Assembly (NCBI RefSeq): GCF_004010195.1
Contig: NC_057719.1
Span: forward strand, 77,739,260 to 77,803,259
DNA: 64,000 nucleotides
DNA from: Chiloscyllium plagiosum
Lineage: Eukaryota
Direction: 5' to 3'
The notes under the pieces are model-generated. The model ran no database searches, had not been told where the DNA came from, and was given only the letters and a program-made list of their open reading frames with translations. Below are positions 1-11,374 of the stretch, in pieces. A program made the translations under genes and the position numbers. Each line of letters begins with the position of its first letter. The first letter of the stretch is position 1.

Positions 1-367
1 ACCCCCTCTCTGGCCTATCACCCTCACCTCCTTCCACCTATCGCATTCCTAACACCCCTCCCCCAAGTCCCTCCTCCCTACCTTTTTATCTTAGCCTGCT
101 TGGCATACCTTCCTCATTCCTGAAGAAGGGCTTATGCCTGAAACGTCGATTCTCCTGCTCTTTGGATGCTGTCTGACCTGCTGCGCTTTTCCAGCAACAC
201 ATTTTTCAGCAGTGTTCTAAATGTGGCTGAATCCCTACCTTTTTATCTTAGCCTGCTTGGCATACCTTCCTCATTCCTGAAGAAGGGCTTATGCCTGAAA
301 CGTCGATTCTCCTGCTCTTTGGATGCTGTCTGACCTGCTGCGCTTTTCCAGCAACACATTTTTCAGC
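1..367 (+). mobile_element. Penelope-like element 3' terminal repeat (pseudo-LTR) fragment, tandemly duplicated, each copy with a minimal hammerhead motif
   Basis: Contains CTGAAGA-A-GGGCTTATGCCT-GAAACGTC at 120-147 and 277-304, followed by the 'ggatgctg(c/t)ctgacctgctgcgcttttccagca' tail that ends the PLE copies at 19.6-21.3 kb and 61.45-61.83 kb. Confidence 0.75.
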
Positions 368-388
368 AGTGTTCTAAATGTGGCTGAA
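75..388. repeat. Perfect 157-bp tandem duplication (75-231 and 232-388)
   Basis: Base-by-base identity of the two units, including 3' flanking CR1 sequence 'agtgttctaaatgtggctgaa'. Confidence 0.9.
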
Positions 389-610
389 CCAAAGTCTTGT
401 ACAATTTTAACATGACCTGCCAGCTCTTATATTCAGTACCCCATCCAATGAAGGCAAGCATACCATATACCACCTTGACCACTCTACCCACCTGCGCAGC
501 CATCTTCAGGGTACAATGGACCTGACCTCCCAGATCTCTCTGCTCATCAACTTTTCCCAAGGCTTTTTTGTTTACAGTATAGTTCGCTCTAGAATTAGAC
601 CTTCCATTCA
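363..610 (-). mobile_element. CR1 LINE ORF2 C-terminal fragment
   Basis: ORF 363..689(-) has EQRDLGGQVHCTLK...YGMLAFIG...LYKTLVQPHLEHC, matching the CR1 RT C-terminus seen in other copies in the window. Confidence 0.85.
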
Positions 611-1847
611 TTTGAAAAAAATCCCTTCTAGCATTAATTCTGATTTTCTTCCCAACTACATGAGCCACCAAGCTGATGCTGATCGTCATGTGGACGTATT
701 GGAATGGCTTAAAGAGACCGTTGATCCCTTCCCTTGTGGATGCTTTTCACCTAAACACAAATGAACTTCTGCTTTTAAAAACAAAAATTTAACCAGGCTT
801 CCTTAAATTACCAAACAATTTAAGTGTGTGAAGAATTAGTAACATGTGACTTGCACAGAGATTAAAAATGGGAACCAAGTTTAAAAAGACTAATTTTCAA
901 AAGAAATGTGGATCAGATTTTCAATTTTTGAGTTTCAGCATTTAGGAGGAGTCCTTTTGTCCGGTTTCCTTGTTAACTGGTTTATAGCACTCTGAGACAG
1001 GGTCTTGTCTGCAAAACAAGTGACGAGAATAGAATTCTTAGACCGTGACTGTCTCAGCATGGTAATGCTTGAATGCAGGCTGATTTACATGAGAATGTGT
1101 ACCAGCTCCATTATCACACTCCAGTAGAGTTTAAAACTGGCATGATATATTCTTTAAAGTGGCAAATCACCATGGCCTCAAATTTTGGTTTTGGTGAAGC
1201 GTGAGTTGTGTTGTATAAATTAGAGGGTTTTTCACCTTGATACCTGGTGAGATTTCTTGTCATGTCTTAACAAATGTGCTTTACTAATTACCTTTCCTAC
1301 CCATCTGATTCTATCTCCATTTATCTCACACCATTCTCAGAACAACCCATCACTCCTTAGAAATCTACCCAATGACCGCATTCCATGTGCCTATACCATC
1401 TTTGAAAGGTGGCTGTGCATGTGAACAGGCATCCGGCATACCTCTCCCTGGCACAGCAGTCACAAAGCTTACTGCTCATGGCACGTAGGTAGTTTTGCTG
1501 ACATTCCCTCGCAAAAAACAACTCATTCTCTCAATTGTCACTTTAACCACCACATCTCACAGTTTACTTGTCCATAGCTGCGATCCGTGTAAACGCCCTC
1601 TCTACCACCCCACTACTCTGCCTCCAAAGCCCACTGTAGATCCACATCTTGTCATTGTCCTCAAAGGGGCCATCACTTACAGGCAAGCAATTGAACAATT
1701 TCAGGAATAAGCTTTTATTTATGGCCACCAAAGTGGAACACAACTATAATAATAGAGGTTGTAATTTGTCCCACAGTGCAAACCAAAAGATGACATGACT
1801 AGTCTACAGTCTAGTTTGGTCTCTCCAGCCCTCTAAAGGACACAGAC

Positions 1848-3020
1848 TCACAAACACACCTTTAAACATAAGTGCTCCAGCATGTAGGAGTTGAGGAGCT
1901 TCCAGAATAGTGAGACACACCTCCTGAAGGGATCACAGTGATCGCTGATCAAACTGAAATGTAATGCCTTGCTATTGATGAACTCTGCAACATTCTGATA
2001 TGGCCCTGGTGCCATGTGTTTGCAGTTGATGGCATCCTTCACCTATAGAAAGCCAGTTAATTTTCTGACTCGTGCTGCTTGGGCTTCAGAAGTAACCTTG
2101 TTATCAGGCAATGAAACTAACCAGTTTGGTCTCACATGTATGTCATTGGTCACTGTTCTGATTGTTACAACATGGCGGTAAACCTTTCTGCGAATTAAAC
2201 CAAACACTCAGAAAAGCTCACCTCGCCTCGTAATCTGTTAAAATATGAGTGACAGACAACTCCCAAATTCTGCTATTTAAAGAGAATATCAATTTCTTCC
2301 TTAATTCTAAAAATGAATGTTAAACAACAACTGTTCACAACTCTAAGCATTCTTTTCTCTGAATTGCTTATTATCTGCCTCCAACTCTATAACAATATAC
2401 TGTTCAATAAAAAGACTTATCAAAATTATATCAACTTGATTTTAAAACTATGCAGTGATTGTCATCATCTGTGTCTTTTCTTTTGGCTGAAGATCTCCCT
2501 GAGTTGTTTTGCTTTTACTGCAAATATTTTTCATATAAGAAAATAGAGTTTTTGAATGGCAGTCTTTCTCAATGGCCGTTACTCTGTTTGACTTTCAAAA
2601 TTCCTACTGTTTTATACCCCAAACGTTGGATCGTTGCATTGGTTCAAGATTGACTAAACAATAAATTCAAACTCTATTTTAGTATCCTGGGGCATAATTT
2701 CAACTAGTTACATTTGAATTGTTGTCAAAATAGCAACCAACTCGGCTATCTATTTCACAGCCAAATATTACATATTCTCAATTTTCTAGTGCACTGAGAC
2801 TGCTAGTTAGTCATATGACAGGTGTTTGTAAGCTCTCAGTACAAAACAGCATTCACTCTCTCGTAAAGGTACAGTATACACCTTCAACCTCATGACATCA
2901 TGTATTGTGGATGTACATTTGAGAAATCCTCATATGTCACCTGCCACTAGAATAAGCTAGTCACATTGAAGTTCAAAGTGGCTGGCTCCTTCATAGTCAC
3001 TTAGAGAGGGCAGCCTTTCA
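1848..3020 (-). mobile_element. Degraded PIF/Harbinger (HARBI1-like) transposase relic, interrupted by a solo LTR
   Basis: Minus strand reads GFL*VKDAINCKHMAP...AEFINSKALHF...SDH (cf. Harbinger GFP.V.GAIDCTHI...F.NRKG.HS...CDH) at about 1940-2060 and TMKEPATLNFNVTSLF...GDI*G (cf. VKVTAALNFYASGSFQ..GD..GISQ) at about 2925-3000. Confidence 0.6.
2163..2897. mobile_element. Probable solo LTR
   Basis: Begins TGTTACA and ends CATGACA (TG...CA with short inverted termini); flanked by tgat/tcat (4-bp TSD, one mismatch); splits the Harbinger coding relic into two parts. Confidence 0.55.
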
Positions 3021-3942
3021 CTCTGCAGCTCTTGGATACTTCTTTTGCAGACAGCTAATTCCATTCCAGTGTCCTGTAGTCTACAGAGCCTGTGTCAACA
3101 CTGTACCTTGCTTATCCTCAGGAACTGCAGTTGGGAGTTGAAAATCTTTGGTCGTCCTACAGACTTAATGCATTCTGAAAGGCCCTGTTACTGTGGTTTC
3201 TCCCTGACCCAGGTGCTCCTAGTCCTCTCTGATGGCCTGCTGCTACTCCTGGGCTTGCTGTCAGCCCCAGTACACTCCATCTGCCTTTTCACTTTTAGGA
3301 AAGCAGCCAAAAGTGATCAGCATCTCACTAGTGAGAAGGCATGGGATTCTCTGTAAAGTTCCTACATTAGGAAGGAAGACTGGAAAAAAGCACTTCACTT
3401 TGAGTCATTGGTGATATAACCCTAAAGATGAGGGCTAAACCTGCTTCTCCATGCAGAGAAGTAACAAGGATCATATCTCCATTCATTTCAGTTTCAACTT
3501 CAGGATGCGCAACAATTTGAAGGTGCTGCGCTAGTTTTCTTTTCATTTTCACAATTATCTACTTTTATTATCATCATTAAGTCCACAGAATACAGGCTGC
3601 ACTAGTTGAATGATCACTGTATTCCTTCAAAATGGAGTGCCTGTTGTCCCTGACCCCTTCCCATTTCATTGCATTCATTACAGACAATCATTAAACTTGT
3701 GAGATGCTAATGTTCAGTTTCAAGCACCAGTGGAATGGTGAAAATCGCCTTTTGACCAGCATGTGAACCCTGAGCACCTTCACTCTGTGCATATTTTCTA
3801 ATCAGCCTGTTCAGAGGTATTATGACACCGGAAAAGTGATTTAATGCAAATTTAAGTCATTTATTTCTATCAGTAGTTTGATATTCCTTTCTTGAAAAGT
3901 TTCTTTGTGCCATACACAACCTATTTTCACATGCATGTATAG

Positions 3943-4259
3943 GGGCGGCACGGTGACTTAGTGGTTAGCACTGCAACTTCACAGCACCAGGGACCCGGGT
4001 TTAATTCCAGCCTCTGGCAACTGTCTGTGTGGAGTTTGCACGTTCTCCCCGTGTTTGCGTGGGTTTCCTTCGGGTGCTGCGGTTTCCTCCCACAGTCCAA
4101 AGATGTGCAGGTTAGGTGAATTGGCCATGCTAAATTGCCCATAGTGGTAGATGCATTATCAGTGGGAAATGGGTCTGTGTGGGTTACTCTTCAGAGGGTC
4201 ATTGTGGACTTGATGGGCCGAAGGGCATGTTTCCACGCTGTCGGGAATCTAATCTAATC
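3943..4259 (+). mobile_element. HE1-type tRNA-derived V-SINE
   Basis: tRNA-like head (ggcggcacggtgacttagtggttagcactgc...gggtttaattcc), V-domain core (ctgtgtggagtttgcacgttctccccgtg...ggtttcctcccacagtccaaagatgtgcaggttagg), CR1-like 3' end and (aatct)n tail. Confidence 0.9.
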
Positions 4260-4281
4260 AGAAAATGGTAATACATTTCTA

Positions 4282-5400
4282 GGATACCTCCGCTTACAAC
4301 AGTATCTTGATTAGATTACTTAGTGTGGAAAAAGGCCCTTCGGCCCAACAAGTCCACAACCGAATCTCCGCAGAGCAACCCACCCAGACCCATTCCCCTA
4401 CATTTACCCCTTCGCCTAACACTACGGGCAATTTAACATGGCCAATTCACCTGACCTGCACATTTTTTGACTGTGGGAGGAAACAGGAGCACCCAGTGGA
4501 AACCCACGCAGACATGGGGAGAATGTGCAAACTCCACACAGACAATCGCCTGAGGCGGGAATTGAACCCTGGTCTCTAGCGCTGTGAGGCAGCAGTGCTA
4601 ACCACTGTGCCGCCCTTGATCAGATGAGACAATGGGCTGAGAAGTGGCAGATGGAGTTTAATTTAGATAAATGCAAGGTGCTGCATTTTGGGAAAGCAAG
4701 ACAGCAATTGCAGGACTTATACACTTAATGATAAGGTCGTCGGGAGTGTTGCTGAACAAAGAGACCTTGAAGTGCTGGTTCATAGCTCCTTGAGAGTGGA
4801 GTCGCAGGTAGATATTGGTCAGAGTATTGAGTACAGGAGTCGGGAGGTCATGTTGCAGCTGTAGAGACATTGGTTAGAATATTGCGTTCAATTTTGGTCT
4901 CCTTCCTATCGGAAAGATGTTGTGAAACTTGAAAGGGTTCAGAAAAGATTTACAAGGTTGTTGCCAGGGTTGGAGGATTTGAGCTATAGGGAGAGGCTGA
5001 ATAGGTTGTTTTCCCTGGAGTGTCGGAGGCTGAGGGGTGACCTTCTTGAGGTTTACAAAATTGAGGGGCATGGATAGGGTAAATAGGCAATGGGATGGGG
5101 GAAGTCCAGAACTAGGCATAGGTTTAGGCTGAGAGGGGAAAGATATAAAAGAGACCTAAGGGGCAACTTTTTCTCGCAGAGGGTGCTACAGGTATGGAAT
5201 GAGCTGCCAGAGGAAGTGGTGGAGGCTGGTACAATTGCAACATATAAAAGGTATCTGGATGGGTAAATAAATAGAAAGGGTTTGGAGAGATATGGGCTGG
5301 GTGTTGGTAGGTGGGACTAGATTGGGTTAGGATATTTGGTTGGCCTGGACAATTTGGACCGAAGGGTCTGTTTCCGTGCTGTACATCTCTATGACTCTGA
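4282..5400 (+). mobile_element. 5'-truncated CR1 (HER1-like) LINE
   Basis: RT C-terminal coding (WQMEFN.DKC.VLHFG, RVWNELPEEVVEAGT) and the 3' UTR 'ggaccgaagggtctgtttccgtgctgtacatctctatgactct'. Confidence 0.9.
4309..4615 (-). mobile_element. HE1-type V-SINE inserted into a CR1 copy
   Basis: Reverse complement of the same SINE; cttgat duplicated at both ends (4306-4311, 4615-4620); the CR1 sequence continues on both sides. Confidence 0.9.
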
Positions 5401-5776
5401 CAATACTGCCATGTGTGGATATTAGGAAATACTTTAGTAATTATGTTCTTGCCTATTCCATCTTTTTAACTCCTTCCTCAATTTGGTGGCTACCTAATGA
5501 AGGTTCTGCATTCTTGCATCATAGCACAGTCAAGATTGAGTGAAAAGGTTTTATTTTGTGATTTGTTGCAGTATAAAAATTCATGACAGAAACCACATTC
5601 AATATGTACTGAATCCATTGATATGGTTGCATTGTAATGTTTGTCAATGTTCTGGCTGCAAGAAAGCTGGTGGAGCAATTTCTATTTCTATTAAACAGGA
5701 AATGTATGCAATCAGTGCATATTTGTTTATTTCAAATACATTTTTCTGATGTACGCAGCTTTTATTGTTTTTGTAG

Positions 5777-5903
5777 AGTAATTGAATCTGTGTATACAAA
5801 CACAAGGCAGCATGGATATCCTGATGTGCTTCAGTGGAAGACTTGGCACTTCACCAAAATTTCAATGCCAAGAAAAACTACAGTATTTCTTGAGGAAATT
5901 TGG
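5777..5903 (+). CDS. Host-gene coding exon A (unidentified protein): VIESVYTNTRQHGYPDVLQWKTWHFTKISMPRKTTVFLEEIW
   Basis: Acceptor ttttattgtttttgtag|, donor TGG|gtaacg; 127 nt, open frame with phase 2 in and phase 0 out, compatible with exon B; lies in repeat-poor DNA. Confidence 0.6.
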
Positions 5904-6471
5904 GTAACGTAACAGAAGGTGCAATGGAGGAGTTGGCAATTTGTCTTCCCATCTCCTGTTTCACTAATTAGTTTTTTATATGGCTGTCAAGAATTACTGT
6001 GAATGTACATTTCATTGTAATTCACGTGTGTCTTGCGGGTTGTTTATATATTATAGAGAACCTGAAGTAAATCTGATTGCTCTTTAGAAATAAAATGCAC
6101 CTGCAAACCAGTACTGTTCAACCTTGTGCACCTTCACAAAGCATTTATCTGCTACTTGAATCTTTGAAAATGGTCTCTGTCAAAGTTAGAGGTTGCTATT
6201 TACCTTCCTTTAATAATGAAAATTTGCTTTTCTCTTTACCATATGATGATTTGTGGGTGAATCTGAGAACTACACAATGTGCGAGTAGTAAGTAAAAGGT
6301 TTGTGAAAATTCTGTTATTTGTTTACCCTTTTATAATGTGTTATAAGGAAATGAAGTATTTCATGCTTGTCAAAGTTGGCAGAAGTGTGTATTTTTGCGT
6401 TTTGAAGGCTGTAATTTGGCCTCCAGTTTCTCTTCTGTTTCTTGGAAGAATTTTGATGTCTTGTTTTTCAG

Positions 6472-6499
6472 TACATGCTTCGAGGATATCTTTCATTTA
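6472..6499 (+). CDS. Host-gene micro-exon B: YMLRGYLSF
   Basis: Acceptor ttgtttttcag|, donor TTTA|gtgagt; 28 nt, phase 0 in and phase 1 out, bridging exons A and C in frame. Confidence 0.65.
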
Positions 6500-6814
6500 G
6501 TGAGTTTATCTCCATTTCAATTACGAGTGCAAACATTTTACGAGAATCTGTTAACTGTCGTATGTTGCAGTTTTTTTTGGTTTCTTTGTTCATTTAGAAA
6601 AGAATTAAACATCAATTTGGAATATGAAAGTAAGTAGTATTTCTATTTGATTAAAACAAAATAACTCTCATCGTGTTTTACCAGTTGATCATTTATCTCA
6701 TTGCTGGCAGTAAACCAGCTAATTTGGTGTTTTATAATAGGGACCATTATGTAATGAAGTACATGGTATCGGAGCTACTGATTTGTTTTGACTACGAAGT
6801 CAAATTTCATTTTC

Positions 6815-7341
6815 ATTACTTCCTCCCACTCCCAGTGACAGGAGTAATGTTTTACCCTGGTTTGTTGTCTATTTCTATGTCAAAACATCTAGTGGATGGT
6901 GCTCAGAGTAGGTGGTACACAGATAAGGGATGGCCTAACGCGCGGGGGGGGGGGGGGAAGGAGGACGAGAGGGGGTAGGTTGATTGTGGAAAAGGATTTT
7001 TGCTGCGGATCTAGATCTGGATAGGATTTCTTCAAAGATACATAAATATTGAGTAAAAATTTATTTTACAATATCGTGGCTTGTTTATTTATACTGTTGT
7101 TGAATCTCTCACTATTGCAGTGCAATTTGTCCCAAATGTCAAAATGTCATATTTTAGAGCAATTTGCTGGATGTGGATTGGCTTGAAGCTACCTCAGTGA
7201 GATGGAAGCTCTTAAGTTTTTTTTTCAGGTTTACAGATAAGCTTTTGCTGTCTGGTTGATGAGCTGACAGCTTCATAATTGTAACAGTGTTGAGTTAACA
7301 TAGTGTGGTGGAGGTATGTACTCTACTGGATACTGTCCTAA
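6815..7341 (+). mobile_element. Helentron/DINE-like (HINE) non-autonomous element, degraded
   Basis: 5' end attacttcctcccac...ggagtaatgttttacc...gtttgttgtct, internal gcggatctagatctgg, 3' end gtggtggaggtatgtactctactggatactgtccta (sub-terminal inverted repeat, small hairpin, CTA end), resembling the architecture of fish Helentron-associated elements. Confidence 0.45.
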
Positions 7342-8114
7342 TACCTTAGCAAAATCTTTTAACATAGTTGGAGGCAAAAGGAAGATAGCTGTATACAACA
7401 TTTTGTAGAAATGTAACTAACTCAACATGTAACTAGATATGCATTGTTTTACTTTCATGTCTATACTGTTCATTTTCTGGAATTGGAGAATGCTGAGGTT
7501 TATTATTTTTATATAGCAATCTGTTCCGCATTTATTTTTATTTACTTTAACTATTTTTTTATTTTGAAGCTTTATTTTTTCAATATACATTTTTATATAG
7601 CTAGCGACAGTGCTTTCTTAAAATACTTTCCATGGACAATTTTATTCCTGTGCAATTGAAAATTCTAATACCAAGCTTAAGGGTTTGCGCAAAATTCCAA
7701 GTTATATTTTTCACACCATTTTTTCATTTGTTCAACTATATAATTCTCAAAGTGAATATATTTTCCCTAATGATGATCTTATTCTATAAACACAAGGAAG
7801 TTGCAATATTTAGAAATCTTGAACACCAAGTGAAGGCCTTCTGGTTAAATCTTTATATTTAGCTAATTGGCTGTGTGAACATTTAATATTTTTCCATTTG
7901 CCTTCTTGATGGTATTTGGTCATATGTTTGGCTTTCGTTCATGGACTCAGGTGGCTTGACTTGAATAAACTAGTTATCGATTCCTATATGATTACATTTT
8001 TCAGCAAATGGTTATCTGTTTTGCTTGTTCTTCACCTACCTAAAAGTCCAGCATTGTCATCAAATAATAGCAGACTCCAATAAGTCACATTGAAACATCG
8101 TATTTGGAGGGCAG

Positions 8115-8200
8115 CTAGATTGGGTTGGAGTATTTGGTCGGCATGGACAGGTTGGACTGAAGGGTCTGTTTCCGTGGTGTACATCTCTATGCCTCTATGA
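8115..8200 (+). mobile_element. CR1 3' UTR tail fragment
   Basis: ctagattgggttgg...ggactgaagggtctgtttccgtggtgtacatctctatg matches the CR1 3' ends elsewhere in the window. Confidence 0.8.
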
Positions 8201-8742
8201 CGCTTTGTGGTCTCCACAGTATCCCTTCCTTTCCTTTCCCTTTTGCTGTCCTCTCTGTACCAGAAAAAGTGGATTCATTCTGTGAAATTAATGAAATATT
8301 GGTTGTGTCATCTCACTTTTTTTAGACGTCATGTAATAAGAATTCTAATCACAATTGAACAATTTCATATAATGTGCTGAAATTTAATTAATTTGCTTAT
8401 CAAATTTGTATGTAGCCATTTGAGGTATTTTGGATTTTGAAAAATATACACAGTACATTAGGAAACATTTCTGTTCCCTGCTACTGTCAATCATGTTGAG
8501 AAGATTTAATGTTTCTCACGTAACGCAAAATCTTTTAGTAGTGCATTGATTTTTGGAAACTTATTTATATCTGTGGTTTGCTAGCTTGTGTAACTTCCTC
8601 TTGCTCGGTCTGTTCCATAAATCATTTTACTGTATCATAAACAAGCTTATAAGTTGGCTGAATGTTGAGGATGTAATAACTGTAGCAGTGTATAACTAAG
8701 TGCAAGATAAAGTTTTATTGAATTTTTCAACCTTTTTATTAG

Positions 8743-8804
8743 GGTTTGAACACTTGACCTGGCTTTTCCAATTGCAAGCAGTTCTAGAAATGAATGGTAG
8801 TAAG
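8743..8804 (+). CDS. Host-gene coding exon C: (R)FEHLTWLFQLQAVLEMNGSK
   Basis: Acceptor cctttttattag|, donor AAG|gtatgc; 62 nt, only one open frame (phase 1 in, phase 0 out), which is the phase required after exon B. Confidence 0.65.
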
Positions 8805-10363
8805 GTATGCTGTTCATTTAAGATGCTGTTAATTCAATTTTGTGGTTGAGTTGTGGCAAGCTCTGTACTTTGGGAACTATGAATATGTAGTAGCATGGTC
8901 TCAACCTTAGGTTAGACATTTAACCTCCTATGGTGCAGTTCACTGCAAGGCATCATGTTGTTAGAGAAAATCTGTATATTGCCTCTCACCAACTGCAAGT
9001 ATGTAAATGAACCATCTTGCCATTTGCCAAGTCTTATAAGGATCTTCCCCATTGAGAAACCTATTTATTTCAAATAGCTACTTGATGTTATTGTTACAGT
9101 TACAGGACTAGTAATCTAGAGGCCTGAATTAACATTTGAGGAACATGAATGCATATTCAAATATATAGTTTAGGAGAAGAAATTCTATTTTGCTCCTTGT
9201 GGCTGCTCCACTATTCAAACATGTAATGGCTGATCTGTTTTGAGTTTTGAATTTTACACTCCCATTTCACAACACTGCCCTATAATCTTTGATTTCCTCT
9301 TCCTAACTAGAATCTAACTATGTCCACCTTTCAATATTCAATGATCCCACTCCCACCACCTTTTAAAGAAGTGTTCCAAAATTGCACAATCCTGCAAGCA
9401 ACAAGTTCTTTGCCAACTGCCTTCTACAAATATAAGTACAGAACCAATCAACAGACATTTCTTTATTCACAGGATATTGCACTTTCAAATAAGTCTGATA
9501 AATGGCTAAACATGATGTCTTTCACAACTATACTTGCACTCCCTGACTGCCTTGTGTTTATTGAAGTGCCTAGCTATAACTCCTCAATAATCCATTCTGA
9601 TACCTTCTCCATGAAAGACATCAAGCTAACCAACCTGAAATTTCCTTTTTTCTGCCTTTCTCCTTTTTTAGAATAGAAATTTTATATCTACTATTTTTCA
9701 TTCAGAGCCTTTCCAGAACTCAACAAATTTTGGGAAATTTATGCCAACTTATTTATGACTCAGCCATTTCTTTAAAGATCTTAATTCCACCCTGGCATTT
9801 GGGGAATTTCAAATTACTAATTAAATAAGTTTGGATTGAGAATCTAGTATTGATCATGGAGTAATCAGGTTACCGCAATAACACATCTATTTCATTTAAT
9901 GTTCTGTTTTAAGGAGAGAGAACTGCCATGCTCACTCAGTCTGTGACAATGTGACAATATGACAGACTCTTGGCTGCTTGTATGACTCCAGACTTTCAAT
10001 GACAGTGTTGACTCTCAACTGCCATGTAAATTGCCATTGGCTAAGCAAGCCTTCAAGGAATTAGATAGTTAGTTAGAGAAGACCATTAAATAATGGCCTT
10101 GCCACATCCCTTGATGGACAGTTAAGTGGGATCCTGTATGTTTTATAATTGTTTCCTTGCAACAATAAAGCAAATTTGGTCTGAAGCTAATGCATTTAAC
10201 ATATGGATGCTTCACATCTGATTGCATGGCAAATGTAGATTTGCTAACTTTGTGTTTGGCATGAGTCAGGTTTGTACTGCTGTTCGGAAAGTTAGTGTAG
10301 TAATGCTGCCCCCAATATAAATGCCACTTACTATTGATTTTAATTCTACTAATTTAATCTTCA

Positions 10364-10735
10364 TGACTTGGAGGTACAGGTGTTGGACTGGGGTGGACAA
10401 AGTTAAAAATCAGACAACACAGGTTATAGTCCAACAGGTTTATTTGGAGGCACTAGCTTTCGGAGTGCCGCTCCTTCATCAGGTTGTTGTGGAGGTTAAG
10501 GTGATGCTCACAGAATCTATAGCCAAAGGAGTCAATTGTCATGGAGATGTGATACAGTAAACAATCTTAAATTTAAATTAAATTAAATTAAATCCATGCC
10601 ACTAGACTCCTTTGGCTATAAATTCTGTGAGCATCGCCTTAGCCTCCACAGCCAGCTGATGAAGGAGCGGCCCTCCGAAAGCTAGTGCTTCCAACTAAAC
10701 TTGTTGGACTATAACCTGTTCTGTGATTTTTAAAT
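10364..10735. mobile_element. Fold-back Penelope-derived element with two oppositely oriented hammerhead motifs
   Basis: About 140-bp inverted arms; CTGATGA-A-GGAG(CGGCC)CTCC-GAAAGCTA at 10656-10684 (+) and its counterpart at 10454-10482 (-); 11-bp TSD tttaatcttca at 10353-10363 and 10736-10746. Confidence 0.8.
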
Positions 10736-11374
10736 TTTAATCTTCAGATGTGTTTCACTTAAGATTAGGCAGAATGTAATTCTGGAGTTTTATCTGATCC
10801 TGTTTCTTTCATACTGAGCAGTTTGGGCTAAAGTAGATTGGGTGTTACCAAAGGGGATTGGAAGCTCAGAGCATTTCTTTACTTTCTGATTCTAAATTAT
10901 AAGAATACACATCAAAGTGTGCAGAACATGGAATTGAATTAACCTAGGCAAACTGATCAAAAGTTTACATGTCAGTAGATGTCACTTTCAACATCCAAAC
11001 AATATTGCAAAAAAATTAAAAGAAGGAAAGATAGTTCTGAATTATAAATCGGGGAAATTCTGGTAAGGCTTCCTGATTCATTTGTCAGATAGCACTTGAA
11101 TGACTGTGTAAATCTGGTCACCATGCAACAAAGGGAAGTTATGACTGGAAACAGTGAAAAACAGTGAGTTATCACAGATAAAGAGAATGAGAAAATGTTA
11201 GAAATAATTGGAAATGACTTTTTTTAAAAAGATGTCTTTACAGAGTACTTTTATACTGCATCAGGAAGTTTGAGAGTGCTTTAAGCTAGTTAAGTATTTG
11301 TGATTTTGTTCTGTATGAAGCATGGTATCTGATTTATGCATAATAAGGTCCCACATTTTAATTGCAGTTAAATA

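Noticed and set aside
75..388. CRISPR-like or other prokaryotic repeat arrays anywhere in the window
   Set aside because: No repeat-spacer arrays or bacterial-type genes; the direct repeats are simple duplications in a vertebrate context
3943..4015. tRNA-like sequences with A/B boxes (also 4545-4615, 54645-54720)
   Set aside because: They are SINE heads followed by the V-SINE core, not tRNA genes
5812..5903. Alternative start MDILMCFSGRLG... within exon A
   Set aside because: Ends in phase 2; carried through exon B it enters exon C in a frame containing a stop
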